A stretch of 64,000 nt of DNA from Paragordius varius (taxonomy: Eukaryota; Animalia; Nematomorpha). This document shows, one piece after another, positions 41,701 to 56,266 of this stretch (positions within the stretch are counted from its first letter, which is position 1; each line of letters begins with the position of its first letter). The notes beneath the pieces were generated by a model. That model was not told where the DNA came from. It worked only from the letters and a program-made list of their open reading frames with translations, and did not search any database. A program made the position numbers and the translations under genes. The DNA is taken from positions 5,828,001 to 5,892,000 of the forward strand of contig OZ176054.1 in the NCBI GenBank assembly GCA_964247055.1, in the 5' to 3' direction.

Positions 41701-44700
41701 AAGAACCGCATGATTATCAATACTACAAAAGTAAATAAAGATTTTTTAATAATTAAAATAATACTTTACCATGAGCTTTTACTGCTATTTATTAATTATT
41801 TAAAAAATGGTATAAAGATCTTAATATAGGAAATTTCAAATATTTTAATTTAAATTACAATATCTAAAATTAAAATGAACTAGGACGTTTATACATTGCG
41901 CCAGAGTTGTTGCGATTGTCCTGGAACCCACAAGGGACCCCAAAAGGCGATATTTACAGCTTTTCCATAATAGCCTATGAAATTTTGACATTAAATAATC
42001 CTTTCAACGTTACATTGGATGAGGGACCAGCACGGACTAGCTGTGTTCTGCATCCCAAAATAGTTTTGGAGAAAATTAAGGGCTCGCACGATAAACCATT
42101 TCGACCATCCATAGATAACTCAACCGATATCTCAAATGAAATGTCGGAACTACTTAATTTGTGTTGGAATGAACATCCAAATGAAAGGCCTGACTTTGTC
42201 CAAATTAAATCTCTCCTCAAGAAAATGAATAAGTTATCGTTCTAATTTTTTGCAATACAAAACACAAACTCGATAAAGTTTTTTTAAAACATATCCGCTT
42301 TTCCTATATATTTTATAAATTTTTCGTGTAGGCATATAAATCGATTGGCTGAACAAATAAGAAACTTTTTGATCATTCAAAATAAGGGTAAATAACAATA
42401 ATAGGTTCAGTTATAAATTATTTTTCAAATATATTTTTATATATGTAAAATCAAAAATATTGATTAAATTTTTAAAAACCATAGAACTTACAATTTTTTG
42501 TCAGAATAGTTTTTTATATTATTATCGGTTAAGTTTTGTTTTGTAATGCCAAGTTAGTTTACTCTGATTGTCCAATAAAAAAATGATTATATTATATTGG
42601 TAGCATATATCGTCGTGTAGGGAGACGATATTTGTAAAACTCAAAATAAAATCTATGCAAAAGATTGAAAATTTAATCGATACCAATAAATATATAACCG
42701 ATATAATATTTTACAAATATATTAGGGGAGTTGAAGAAAACGTTGTGGATAATTTGTTACGACGCATGGAATTGTATACTAATAATTTAGAGAAACTAGT
42801 GGAAGAGCGTACAGGCGCCTATCTCAAGCAGAAAAAAGAAGCCGAAAATTTGTTGTACGAAATTTTACCCAAGTAATTTTAATCTTTTTTGTATTATTTC
42901 CCGTTAATCAAATATATTTATATTTACAAATAAAAAAATTAATGGCTTTTTGAATAAGAGATTTCTGCGGTTATTGTATTATGTGATTAAAATCGTTTTC
43001 CAATGGTTTTTTCCAATTTTTAGGTTTTGTAAACTAACAGATAAGATGTTATTTAATTAATGCATATAAAATATTAATTAGTATTGGTCTGACTGTTTTA
43101 GTATGACCTTAATCGTATTATTCACTATAATGTTGAATTTTAAAATTTATTCAATATTTTAATTTATCATAAAGAAAAATAGCCGATCGACTGAAAATGG
43201 GTGAACCGGCTGATCCTGAGGCTTACGAATCGGTTACATTGTATTTCAGCGACATTGTTGGATTTTCCGCCCTGTCATCAGAGATTGGTCCAAATGATGT
43301 ACAATTAATTTATAAAATAACTTATTTGTATGATATAATAACTTTTTTGTATTTTAAGATATGTTAAATAAACCAAAATTTTTCAATAATATAATTTATT
43401 AAAAAATGTTGAGAATCTACAATTTTAGATTTGTTTAATCCTTTTTATTTTTGTATCTTGTTTATTAATATGATTTAGTATAAAAAAATTTAATTATTGA
43501 ATGAATTTTCAAAGGCGATCGTATAAAACCTGTATCCATATTTTTAGATTGTAACGTTTCTCAATGATGTATATACGTGCTTTGATAATATCATCACTTA
43601 TTTCGATGTGTACAAAGTAAAAATATTTTTTTAACCACCCGGAATATTTTTTAATTACTTTAAATTTAGCAAAAAATTTAGGAGGTAGTCATTAATAACT
43701 TTCAAATGTTAAAATTTATTAAACTATATTAATATTATATTCAAATGTCCGTAAAATAATGGTAAATGTCAATAAAAAAACTTTTTAACCAACTTTCGTT
43801 TTCAAGCTCGATCAAACCGTTTATGTCCTATTAAGAATCAAAAATTCAATTATGTAATGTAAATATATATTAATTTATTTTTATTATTTAAATTGAGAAT
43901 CGGCCAAAATCGTAAATGCGTCATCATTTACATCGCTTACCATATAATTCATTCGTAAGGCATTTTACAAAATTATCTTAAATTTGTGTGGTTAAGGTTG
44001 AAACAATAGCCGATTCTTACATGGTTGTATCAGGGGCCCCGATTACAAATGGTATCACACATGCTCGAGAGATTGCGCGATTAGCTTTAGCCTTACGGGA
44101 AAGCAGTAAAAATATAAAAATCCGTCATCGACCCGAAGAAATGGTAAAACTGCGTATTGGAATCCATTCAGGTATACTATATATATAATGTTAGGACCAA
44201 TCGCTGCTGGTGTCATTGGTTTAAAAATGCCAAGATATTGTATGTTTGGAGACACAGTAAACACGTCTTCAAGGATGGAATCTAATGGCGAAGGTTTATA
44301 AATTTGTAAGACATCCCAATGAAGGAGATGATATTTTCATATTAAAATTCGAGAATATTTATAGTATTTGATCTTTATCCACCATATAAGTCAAACTGTT
44401 GATTGATATGTTTGCAAAAATTATTTTTATATTTAAACTAATAGATGATATTTAGATCATTTTTAAAAAATTCTTATTTCAAAAATAATTTCTGCCACAA
44501 AAATATTTTATAAACAACATAGGGGGGCGATTGACACAGTTTTACCATCGCTGCATATGCATTTTCTTTTCCCCGTTTTGCCAAAAAAATAATTTTGATA
44601 CCGTGCCTCTTTATATAATCGCCTGAAATGATACTTATTTCAAAAGATAAATCAAAATTGTAATATACCGCAATCTTATTTTTTGATAACTTTATAAAAT

Positions 44701-45227
44701 ATATGACATTGATAAGGTATCATCATGGTAAGAGGGGTGAAAAATCCAAATTTAAGATTTTTTAACCTTTTAAGTTTTTATATGAAGTTGATTAAATAAA
44801 CACTTTTTAGAAGATGTTTTTATAGTCTGACCATACGCATTATAAAAGTTAAACAGACGAATTTGACGAGTTCCTTAAAGATAGTTGGACAAAGGATCCT
44901 AAAATTTAATTATAAAGGGATTCTTCATATAATATATTATATTTTATCATTAAATGTAGCTTTTAAAATACATATCAGTCCACAAACAAAAGCCATCTTG
45001 GACAATTTTCAAACTTTTGAAACAGAATGTCGTGGTGAAATTCAAATAAAGGTAGGAAAGTTAAATTACTTTTAATATGTATAAAGTAACCAAAATGGTA
45101 TATTTTTTAGGGTAAAGGAAGCATTACAACGTATTGGTTACTGGGCGAACGAAGTTATGATGGAAGTTTTATCAAATATTCCCAATCTTTTCTAGAAAAT
45201 TCATATATTAAACCAAAAGTCATTTAG
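30229..45227 (+). CDS. Receptor (membrane) guanylyl cyclase, natriuretic-peptide-receptor type, about 20 exons
   Basis: Signal peptide and ANF-receptor ectodomain (30229-30931 plus later exons) and TM at ~37300-37370. Kinase-homology motifs GMSYLH...[20 protein letters not shown]. Dimerisation segment [14 protein letters not shown]...LLYEILP. Catalytic [39 protein letters not shown]...TYWL. Confidence 0.95.
30999..31058 (+). repeat. Short direct duplication, 35-bp period
   Basis: CCTTAACTACCTCCTTAACCAGGTT and CCTTAACTACCTCGTTAAACAGGTT in the first cyclase intron. Confidence 0.7.
38690..38900. mobile_element. hAT-like MITE (degenerate)
   Basis: CAGGGGTCTCC...GGCCGCA left end and ...GCCGCATG...TACCCCT right end. 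Related GCGGGCCGCA motifs occur at ~6386, 51438 and 55571. No clean TSD. Confidence 0.5.
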
Positions 45228-45501
45228 TTTATACATCATTTATGATTATATAAATAAATGTGGCATAACATTAAAAAATGTGGGGAATGGTTAAGTTTGT
45301 TCAAAAACTTGGCAAAGGGTATAGATATACCAGTCGTAGTCATAAGTTATTACCGGTTTAACTAAGAAAAGATGTTAGTGATTAATATACAAACGATTAA
45401 TTTGACACCGATTCCATTTTATATATCTGACTTAAACGACAATGACACACAAGCTGTGTGTTCGCCAAAAGGTAGGGTCATGTTTTTATCATTCAGTAAT
45501 C

Positions 45502-46350
45502 ATGTCGAATTTTGTGCCTGAAAAAGAATCGCGGTGCGCATTGCTTTTCTTGTTCCAGCAGAAGAAAAAGGCTGTTGAGAGCTATCTTTTTTTTGATAAA
45601 ACATATTGAACATGCTCCATACATTAAATCACGTGAAACATAGTTTGGAAATAATTGTGATTGCATTAAATTTTGACGGGTGATGAGAAGTGTCTTTATT
45701 TTGTAAATCCAAGGCGGTTAAAATATGGCTCTTTCACCTTGTCAAGCCCGTCCATCTACACCAAGGCCAAATCGCTTTGCCAAGAAGGCCATGCTCTGTG
45801 CCTGTTGGGATCAGAGCGGTTTTTATTTGGCTAAAAAAGGATTAATTTAAACCAGGGGAGTGTAGCATGCGGTCCAAAATTTTTACACGAAAAATATAAA
45901 AAAACCAAATAAATACTACATTCATAACATTTACTTAAAAATATTATTTTTTAATGATTATATTTTATACATATTACACTTAAATTTGATTATGTAAAGT
46001 ACTATGAAAGTAAAAAATAATATTCATTTAAAATTTTATATGGTAACCGTAAATAATTTTATATTTATTGAAGATAAACTTAACTTCTTTTTTTATTTGT
46101 GTCAATTATGTTTTAAATGAGTGTTGGTAAAAATACAGCACGCAAAGTTGTTTGGGTTGAACACCTCTAATTAAATCCATGCATTAATCGAAAAACGACT
46201 GGAATGGGCCAGAATGACAAAAAGATTTCGCTTTACAATGCTCTATTTCACAAAGCAAAACCGGCGAAAAACATTTTAAAATTCTTTGATATTCTTTTGC
46301 ATCCACTGTTATCTCCTGACCTAACGCTATTTGACTATTACTTCTTTTCG
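45502..46350 (+). pseudogene. Degenerate mariner transposase relic
   Basis: MSNFVPEKE...ALLFLFQQKKKAVES, TGDEK.LYFVNP, PNRFAKKAMLC..WDQSG and HPLLSPDL..FDYYFF, broken by deletions, frameshifts and an insertion. Confidence 0.85.
45853..46169. mobile_element. hAT-like MITE inserted in the mariner relic
   Basis: CAGGGGAGTG...ACACCTCTA ends interrupt the transposase between WDQSG and the downstream segment. Confidence 0.5.
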
Positions 46351-46383
46351 AAATTCTGGTAATTAGTCATCAGTTAAGTGCAG

Positions 46384-47549
46384 TACAGTAAATGTTAATT
46401 TTTAATATCAAGAATTTTTTTTTTAATCCATGTGGCATTTTTTTATCCTTTTAAAAGTTGTTTTACAAGCATATAAAAAATAACACTTACATATATATTT
46501 AAATGTACTTACTTGTCCCTTTTCGGTACACATATATGAGAGATATATTAACATTGCAATATGTTCCCCTTTTCGCTACATATCTCATTATAGAAATGGT
46601 AACATTGCATATGTGTTGTGCCTACTTCATTAAATAATTTTTTAGGTTTTATATATAATTTTTTTATAAAAAATTAAGTTTTTAATAATTAATTAAAAAA
46701 TATTTCAGAAAAGACTATAAAAAAATATATTTGAAATTAACTTATAAATCGCTTATGTGCGTAATAAAACTTGTATTATACAAATTTAAATATTAATTTG
46801 ATTTTGCTGACTTTTTTTGAAAACACTATATCACCTAAAATTATGAGAAATGTCACGGAAAATGGTAAAATAATACCATTTATAATTAATTATTTTACAA
46901 GTGGTAATTTATTTAAGCAAATATTTTTGACAATTTTTTTGGTGTGCTAATAATACTTAAGAAAATGAATGTGCTGAATATTTTCAAGATTTTGAGTTTT
47001 CAATCAAATCTTCCACATTGAAATGGCATCGTTCCTGACTTTTTTCTGATCTCTGGAGTCTGGGTTATTAATGTGCCATAGTTTGAATCTAATGTTGATG
47101 GCAAACTTTCATTTATAATATCTTCTTCACAAAAACTATACATTTATTCTAAATTTCTTTTTGACAAAATAATAAAAACTTAATATTTTTTATAAAAAAA
47201 ATATATAAACTTATAAATTAAAAATCAAATTATGCACAACACATAACATACTGATTAATACCTAATTTTATAAAAAATGTTATATCAAACCTAAATATTT
47301 ATCAAAGTAGGCAAAACACATATGCAATTACCATTTCTCAAATAAGAAATGTAGCGAGAAGAGGAACATATTGCAATGTTAATATATATCTCTCATATAT
47401 GTGTACCGAAAAGGGACATGTAAGTACATTTAAATATATATGTAAGTGTTATTTTTTATATGCTCGTAAAACAACTTTTAAAAGGATAAAAAAATGCCAC
47501 ATGGATTAAAAAAAAAATTCTTGATATTAAAAATTAACATTTACTGTAA
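46384..47549. mobile_element. Tc1/mariner-type non-autonomous element with long TIRs (about 240-290 bp)
   Basis: TACAGTAAATGTTAATTTTTAATATCAAG...CTTGATATTAAAAATTAACATTTACTGTA. The arms are highly similar, and TA-flanked CAGT termini are typical of Tc1-like elements. Confidence 0.85.
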
Positions 47550-49759
47550 TATATATCTTATATATATTAATTGCAATCTGGGTAGTTCTGAGCCATTTAA
47601 GAAAAGGGATCGCATAATTTTAAATATAATATCATCTTCTTAATTCGGGTTTGATGCTTTTCTATGTTCGATCTCAATTTTATATATTAGCTTAAGCAAT
47701 AGAAAATAATAGTTTAAATGCTTCTGTCAAATTTTAATTTACATTTGACAATCCGAAAATTCTATGATTTAAAGCCCAAATTTTTTGCCTCATTGCGACG
47801 AAATTATCACTTTATTAGCAAATTGCGTAAAAACTATTTTTGGTTAATATATAAAAACTAAAATATTCAAGAAAAGCTGCAATTCGTTAGGCCAAAATTA
47901 TGTTTAGATAATTTCTCCTTATTACAATACAACATATCACAAGGTTTACCAAAAGTATAAGCTCTGAATTTGAAGGACCCTCGAATTTGAGAAAAACCAG
48001 GCGCAGGTGGTGTAGTTTCCCAACATTTATCTATTAAATTTATAATATAACCGAAAAAATATTAAAATAACCTATTTGCCCTCAAAATTATTATGCTATT
48101 GTAACAACGTTAAATTAATTTACTAAATAAATCAGTCGACTATAAAAATGACGTAGATACTGGATATCTAATTTTTATTAGGCGATTTACAATAGGAATA
48201 TTTTTTTAAAAGCATAAAAATATATAAGATTCTTTGTTGGATTCAAAGGTTATTATTCCATAATTTTATCCAAATAATAATTTAATTTAAGGTGAGTTCT
48301 GACATTTAGAATTTTCCCCATTTGAGTACGATATATTTCATAAATTCTACCTAATTTATTGAAACTTATTACAGCTAAAATTATTATTTAAAACAAAATC
48401 GAATATTTGCTAATATTAATTCTATCGAAATTTTTTTTAGAATCCTGGCAAGTATAAACATATGGTTTTTAGCCCAGATTACTTTTATAAAGTTGCAATT
48501 GCAACATAATTAAATATATTTTACTGATAACAACATAATTTATCATGATGAATAAAACCAGTATTTTTTTGTTTTAAACATCTAATGATTTTAATTTATC
48601 AAAACCATATCTGTATATTTAGGCAAACGTTTTTCTTGAGTTTAAAAGCCTAGTTTTTTGCTTCTTTTCCATCAAATTCCTTTTTCAATAATTTTTTATT
48701 TTATACATTTTGCAATAAAATATAATAATAAACATATTTGGTTAACCATGAAATGATTTATCATCAAACCATTGATTCGAGTTTTACACTGCATTAAGCC
48801 AATTTCTAAATTATTTTTAAAATTTTTTTGACGTCCAATTGCTTACAACTAAAATTTTTTTATACTGAACCCTATAAAAAATAATTGAATCCCACCTTTG
48901 TTAGATAAAATTATTTTTAAAAAAACTTTCCCATGATTCAAAGTCCTTATAGAAAATACCTTAATAGAGCCTCGTCCTATTCTAATGGGTATAGATATAC
49001 TGGTATGCAATATATGATATAAATATATATTGAAAGGACATTTTATTAGTCAATACTTATTACATTTGATTGTGTGTTTCAAAATCTTTTTATAATTCCG
49101 TCTTAATATTTTTTATATAAATTTTGTGATTTTTATCTTTTAAGAATTAAATTATTTATATATATATTCAATAGCTTTTTATATATATATATATATCTTT
49201 GAATATCTTTTGATTACAATAGTGAAAAGTAAAATTAATAACACGTCAATGCTATAACCAGTTTTTAGAACCATGGTTTATAATAAAGGAGCTTATATTG
49301 ATTTATATTTTGAGAGATTGAATCGAACCGCTAAAGGTTCCAATTCAGATTTTTCCATCATTCCAGTTCCGATTTCACATGGTATTTTAAAATATGAAAC
49401 TAGATATAATAGTTCCCGATTCCCAAATATATTTCCCAAAAAAATTGGTTTGGGATTATTTTTCACGAAATAAAAAATCAATTTTTGTAAACGTTTTTGA
49501 TTCTAAAACGGTTTTTTAAAAACATAATTTATTGGTTCGGGCCAACAAAAACTGTTCCTGTTCCAATAGGTATTTTTAGTTTTAACATTCGTTTCTTTTT
49601 TGAGATAAAAAAATATAAAAAGAATCTATCACCTCGTTGAGCACATTTTAACCTATGCCTATGCCCAGGACTAATTTAAATATACATTGCTAGGTAACAT
49701 GGTGTAATTTAATTAAATAATTTTTAATACAAAGAAAAAATTGATATTAATTGCATTAG

Positions 49760-50052
49760 ATGGGTGCAGTGACGAAGATGAATATTGTGCATCTGAAATA
49801 TTTAAAATGATGCGGCCCTTTGCAAAAACTCAACCTCAGAAAAAATCATACGAGAAGTTCAATAAAGTATTGCCTGGCCTAAGAGACACTAATTTACAGC
49901 TAATTAATCCCGCGGATGTTATATGGCATGAACCTCCGAAATTTCTAAATTCTATTGGCCAAAACAAAAATTCAGACGCTGTAGTAAATTATTCAAACCA
50001 ATTATGTCATGGTCTTATCAATGATTCCTTTGGTATAAATTTTGCATATTAA
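49760..50052 (+). CDS. Probable terminal exon of an unidentified gene
   Basis: Acceptor TTGCATTAG followed by 97 open codons (DGCSDEDEYCASEIFK...GINFAY*). Upstream exons were not reliably assembled. Confidence 0.4.
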
Positions 50053-51659
50053 AATATAAGAAGTGGTAAAATATCTATGTAATATTTTATGTAACTAATT
50101 TATTTTATCTTGATTACAATTTTCATGTTTTTATAATTACTTAATTATTGCAAAAATTTTATTTTATTGAAAAATCAATATCATAAAATAGGGTAGTCTA
50201 AACTAAAAATGTATTAGGCTTAATGATTTTAAAATCTTTTAGGACCTAAGTAATAAAATTGTTTTTCCCAAGAATTGTGGTTAATACGCTAAATGACAAA
50301 GCTTCATTAATAAATGAGTTATGATGATTGAACTACCCTAAAAATTGGATTAAGTTTCGACCTGGCATTTTTTGAACTTGTTACAAACCGTATTTTTCAT
50401 AAACTTTTTTCTATATTATAGCAAATCTAAATTTTCTACATCTGGCGCTATTTAATTGATATAAATTTAATTAATATTCACTATAAAATAAGGGTTATAA
50501 CTTGTTGGTAAAACTCTTTTGTATTTATACATTAGCCGTATGAATATGGTATTTGCTATCCAAATCGCTCAAATATTTTATTGTATTACCAAGGATTATG
50601 AAGAGATTTGGCAATTTTTTTGAGTCAAATAAAACAAGTTTCAAATTTTAGTAATGATTCCTCCATAAGAACCAAATTTTAATAAAATAATTATATTACA
50701 ATTTATAATCAAAAAGCCCATTTCGAAAAATAAAAACAGTCATATTTTCCATATTCAAATAAATAATTTATATTGTATTTAAATAAACAGTATTTTTATC
50801 AAAAAGGTTTACATAATTAACTTTTAACTCCATATTTTAAAATATAAATACTGTTTTAATTTATAATTTAGGTAGGCGGATTTTATTTCTATTATAAATT
50901 TTTAGTTTTATTCTGGAATTCAAGAATTAGGGTCACACAAAACGAATGTAAATAATGATCTTAGATTAAAACTCAAACCAAGTTCATAAAGCTTGTTTTG
51001 TAAAACTTAATGCATGATTGAGGATTTAATTTTCTTAGCATGCTGATTAAATTTTGAGGCATTTTGATGCAAGAAGGAGCTCTTTATTACCAATGCACTA
51101 ATTTTATACTCAGCATTCGGGTTAATATTTTAGCTTTAAAACCGGTTCTGAATCGGCTTTGAGTTATGTATAAATAAATGAATATCAAGTTTTTAATAGG
51201 GTTTTAAACAAAAAAGGATGGTTTAATCCAAGAGTGTCCAGCCCTCCGAGACATTATGTGCTGCCAGCGAAAAATTGATAAATTCATAATTTAAAAATTA
51301 GGCTTATAAAATTTCAGTAAAATGGATATTTCATAAATGAATTAAGTCTATCCAATTGGAAAACCAGAAAAAATGTGTTTTTACAGTTTTATGTTGGAAA
51401 TTTAAAATAATATATATTAATGCCCATATATATTTCTGCGGCCCGCCGGAACGTTCGAGGGCCCGCAAATCACTGTTGTTTTCATTTGATAAAGCTTTTT
51501 CGGTATTTTCATACATTAAAATTCGTGCTTATTTTGTAATTTGAATATAAAATGAAGATGAGATAATCAAATTAAATAAACTCATTGGTAAAATTAATTT
51601 GGAAATAGAATAATATTCTCATATTGTAAATTTGATAATTATAAAGTATTGCTAAAAAA

Positions 51660-53839
51660 TATGGAATCGGTTACATCCAAAAAAGGCCAAAGCTGGCCTT
51701 TTTAATCCAATTTTTATAAACCTTAAAGATCTCGAATGTCTAATATATATATATATCTTCATTACTTTGATAGTAATTTGTCACCAATAGGTGCATTTAT
51801 AATAGCTTCCAAGGACAAAATGCTTTTGTGCATTATCTGCGAAAAGCATGATTGGTTTATCCATTTTTTGACATTTATACTCTAGCATTGTTAATTGCAA
51901 TTTGTAATTATCTTTATAGAGTAATGTGTGCAATACTCAAAACAAATATCTTAATCAAGAAAAAGCATTAGAAGCTTAATAATTATTGTATAAAATATGC
52001 AAAAGATATTTATTAAACCAACCATTCTAATGATAAATAAGTAACCTATGATTGGATGAGAGTACATATGTTATTTTCAGCGTTTTACAATATTTATGAT
52101 GTGGAGCTTGAAAACATAGGATGGATAGAGAAAGCTTATAAAAATTTTTTTTATAATTTAAAAGTACAATTGCAACATTTCATTCATGAGAATTTGGATA
52201 TAAGATATATCTTAGTGCTCAGGCGCGTAAAATCTCATCTATAATTTTATTTATTGTTAGATAGTGTATCTTTGGATTCCAGCGACATATCTGATATTCC
52301 GGTGTCAACAGATACGGTATTTTTATTTTAATTATAATAATTTTTTATATATGATTTTTCGGGATTTGGTGTGTGGTTCTTTGTGAATCGTTCTAATTGG
52401 CAAGAATAAATAGGTGCTATACATCCACATCATGAATTTACAGATATTTTTTAAAAAGATATTATGAATAAATTTTATATGGACTGGAACATTAAAAATA
52501 ATTTTATTCATACAAAGATGATGATAAATTAATCGATTAATATATCTAAAAATAAGAAGTATATTAATGCTCAAAAAACTGTGGTATATAAATGATATGT
52601 TGTTTTTTATTATGAAAATAGAATCGATCTTATAATTTTCCGGAAAATGTTTCCAACTATTTAAAAATAATGATTATTTTTTATTCATTAATATATCGCC
52701 TCTGTAATTAGCCCCTTCCTCTCCACCCACTATGATAATACAGCCAGATAAATTGTGTCTTTAGAGCAATTTTTCGCAAAACCTATATACTTATTGAGTT
52801 CTTCCATTCACGATTCATTTTGAATAAATCGTGGTCGCGCCAAATCAGGCTATGTGCTGGCCGTCTCGCCTCCCCCAGCAATAATAGTAGTATTAAACGC
52901 GAAAATTTATAATTTTTAACTATTTAGACAAAATTAGTTGGAATAAATGTATAAGCGCAGAAACCTTATAAGGTATGGTTTTGAGACTGCACAACCAACA
53001 ATTCTTTTCACCTATTTGTTTTATGCCCGTGTTTTTTTATTATCAAAACTAGATCTTGAAAGTATACTAAAATTAACATTCAATTATAATAATTTTATAT
53101 GTTGATTATCCGTTATCTAATCCTCATAAAATGAATGACAATATAAATTATTTATTTTTTTGAATTTCGGTCTCAATTTTCACTTATATGCATACCATTT
53201 AAAATTGTCTGCAGCCTCTGTTTCAAATTTAGAGCTTTACATGGTGGGTACATATAAGGATTATCTATTAGAAAGAACCACAAAGATATACCATTTACAG
53301 TTCAAATTCACTATTGAACAATTCAAATTCACCTTAGAATGAATTAAGCATTTTTAAGATCAGAAATTACCTTTATTTTATAATATTTTTAAAATATGAA
53401 ATTTTGTTTAAAATTAATATAATGCTGAAAAAATAATAAACTATGTCGTAAAAATATATTTCATATTAATGATGAGTTATATTATCCCGAAATCACATAA
53501 TTTATTTTTAGGGTGAATTTGAATTGCTCGAGGGCGGATTCGAATTGTTCAAGGGTGAATCTGAATGTAAATAGTATATCTTGTGTGATTTCTTATCTAC
53601 AAAATTGTTATTTTAACACATCATGTTATAGCTAATTTTATTATTAATATCATTTTATCCAGGACATGAACAAGCTCCATGCACTGCAACGGGAGTCAAA
53701 CAAAAATTTAAATGTAATTTACCGCAGTGAGGCTGAAGATACCCAATCCAACCGAAAGAAAGTCAACAATTCGCTTAACAAGATGCAAAACAAGACGCGG
53801 ACCAAAAGAACTACTAAACCATCTGCTAACTATAGTTAA
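51660..53839. other. Scattered exon-like segments of an unidentified gene (strand of internal exons uncertain)
   Basis: GC-richer GT/AG-bounded islands at ~51660-51900, 52081-52162, 52261-52316 and 52700-52900. There is a clean plus-strand terminal-exon candidate at 53663-53839 (DMNKLHALQRES...SANYS*). Confidence 0.3.
53287..53578. mobile_element. Foldback MITE subfamily B copy
   Basis: TATACCATTTACAGTTCAAATTCAC...GGGTGAATCTGAATGTAAATAGTATA with 21-bp units. Confidence 0.8.
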
Positions 53840-54513
53840 TTTTATACATATAATATTTTTACATGGTCATTTTACTCGGTTCTAGTATAAATACTTTATT
53901 TTGATCCAAAATTATTTTAACTTTTTTGGTAAAACTTCTAACACAGGCGTGTTGCAACACGCGGTTTCCCAAATTTTTTTGACTGCCTACGAAAAATTTG
54001 AAAAAAATCAAAGAATACAAGATTTTATAAGAAAATATTTAAGTAGAATTATAAAATTATTTTTAATAATAATTTATTCAGAATTATATATATGTTATTA
54101 CCCTAATTGTTTATAAGGGGTTATTTTAAGTCTGTGTATTTATAAACACTACATGTACCCTTAAATTTAATTTTGTAAAGAACTATGAGTCCTTTAAGGT
54201 AAAAACTATAATTCGCTCTATCGTATCCAAATTTAAATTTTTTATTATAAACTTAACTTTTTGATTGAAAAAATGTGGGCAAATCCGGAATATATATTTA
54301 CAAATTTTGTTAACGGAATAAACAAAAATTAAAATTAATCATAAATATAAAATGGCCAAATTTTTTTATAATTGAAATATTTTAAAATATTTATTGATGT
54401 AATGTAATATTTTATAATACGACCCCCAAATTTCTGAGTTGCTCGCGAAGCTTATATTGAACATCCCTCATCTAGCATTATAAAAATACTTTTAAAATTT
54501 ATACTTTAGCAAA

Positions 54514-55312
54514 TCTATATATTTATAAAAATGGAAAATGCTGGCTTTGTGATCTGGTACAGGAAAACCGGTAGACCCAATCAAATCCAAACTTCGTAAA
54601 AATATAATCATTAATGAATGCCCCGACAATAGCTTCGCCCTTTTTTTGAAATAGGCCCCCAGTTCGGGCCCACCCCGTGTGAAAAACGGGTTTTTTGTGA
54701 AAACAGAAGTCCACAAAAATCGTGTCTTTGAGACAATTTTCTGGAGAACGTGTTGGTCCATTCTATTTCAAATATGATTTTTATTTATTTATTTTCGATT
54801 GCGCTGAACATAGTCGAGCCACTTTTTTGATTTAGGCCCTCTTTTTACCCGCTCCCCCCGTAAAATGCCACCTTTTTCAAAGAAAACAAAATCCACAAAA
54901 ATAATTTTTTGATTGTATATTTTTGCCCAAGGTATGAGACTGTAAAAATTCGAGAAAGATTTTTCGTATTGTCTGTTAAAAGGCAAAAATTTTAGTCAAG
55001 CGTTTCTTTGATGATAGCTTCTGAGTAAGAAATATCTATCATATGTATAGAATGTTAAAAATATGTGAATACTTTTTACCCGCTACCCAAAATGCTATTT
55101 TTTTCAAAAAAAAAACAAAGTCCACAAAAATAATTTTTTGATTGTATTTTTCCCCCAAGTAAACAATATATTAGTATGAATGCACCGTTTTAAAATTCCT
55201 ATAAAATCATATTTAAAAAATGTTTTGAAATAATCCACATATGTGGATCATTTTATTGTCCCTTATTTCAAATAGCCCCCCACCCCCCAGAAGTACGACT
55301 AGTTGTTTAATA
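54514..55312 (+). mobile_element. Non-autonomous Helitron
   Basis: A|TCTATAT...AAAATGGAAAATG 5' end and CTAG|T 3' end, with internal subrepeats (AAAGTCCACAAAAAT). Homologous to 56267-57717. Confidence 0.8.
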
Positions 55313-55528
55313 AATGCATATTAGAGTTTTGATTTTAAATAAATCACGCAGTATGGTATAATTTATTAAAATAAACAAAGATTAAAAAAATTTTAGCATC
55401 TGAAAATAGACTTGCATATTCGTATTCTTTAAACACACTATGCCCACATACATTTTTGATTCCGAGGTTATATTATTTACAAGTTTAGGGGGTGTATTTT
55501 TTACGTACTGGGAGTGGATGGCCTGAAT

Positions 55529-55800
55529 CAGGGGTGTTCTACACAAAGATTTTCGAATCAAAATATCCGGACGGGCCGCATTCGCAAAAATATGAGCATT
55601 AACAAATATTTTATTATATTTTGAACATAAATTGTAAAAACTATTTTTTTATCAACTTTTTCTATATCATTGCCGAAATTTGGAAAGATTTATTGAGAAA
55701 ATTTGTGTAAGTTGGTGAATTTTACTACTTCGTAAATATTTTTATAAGAAATTTTTCGCGGGTTGCATAAACTTTCAAGGGCTGTATGCGGCCACCCCTA
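55529..55800. mobile_element. hAT-like MITE
   Basis: CAGGGGTG...CACCCCTA termini with internal GGGCCGCA motifs. Confidence 0.55.
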
Positions 55801-56266
55801 TATAATGATATAATAAAATCCAAAAAATTGGGTAAACGCTATATTGGAGAAATATTAGGTAAAATATTAAAAACAACCAATGTAGCTCCAATAATATTAT
55901 TTTTTTCCTAAATTATGCTATTTTAAAGCTTTAATTAAAATTAGTTAAATATGTTTTGTATGGAATGGAATTGTATGTCGCTTCTATTTGACTTGGTAAA
56001 GATAGCCATGCAGATAAACCTAGGGGGGGATCATATTCAGAAAACTATTGTTATATAAATAAATATTTAGATTGATGATTTAACTAGTCGTACTTGGAGT
56101 TAAAATCCACCAACTTACCGTAAAATTATATGAATATAAGCCATATAACGAAATTCGAGTTGCATAGTTTCAACATATAAAAACCTAAAAACTACTCTGA
56201 ATTCTGTAAAACAATTTATTCTTACTTTTTAAATCTATGGGAATTATTTAACTAAAGTTTAATATA

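Noticed and set aside
53781-53815. CTGAAGA...GAAA hammerhead-like spacing
   Set aside because: The intervening sequence cannot form stem II, and the site lies within a probable coding exon.
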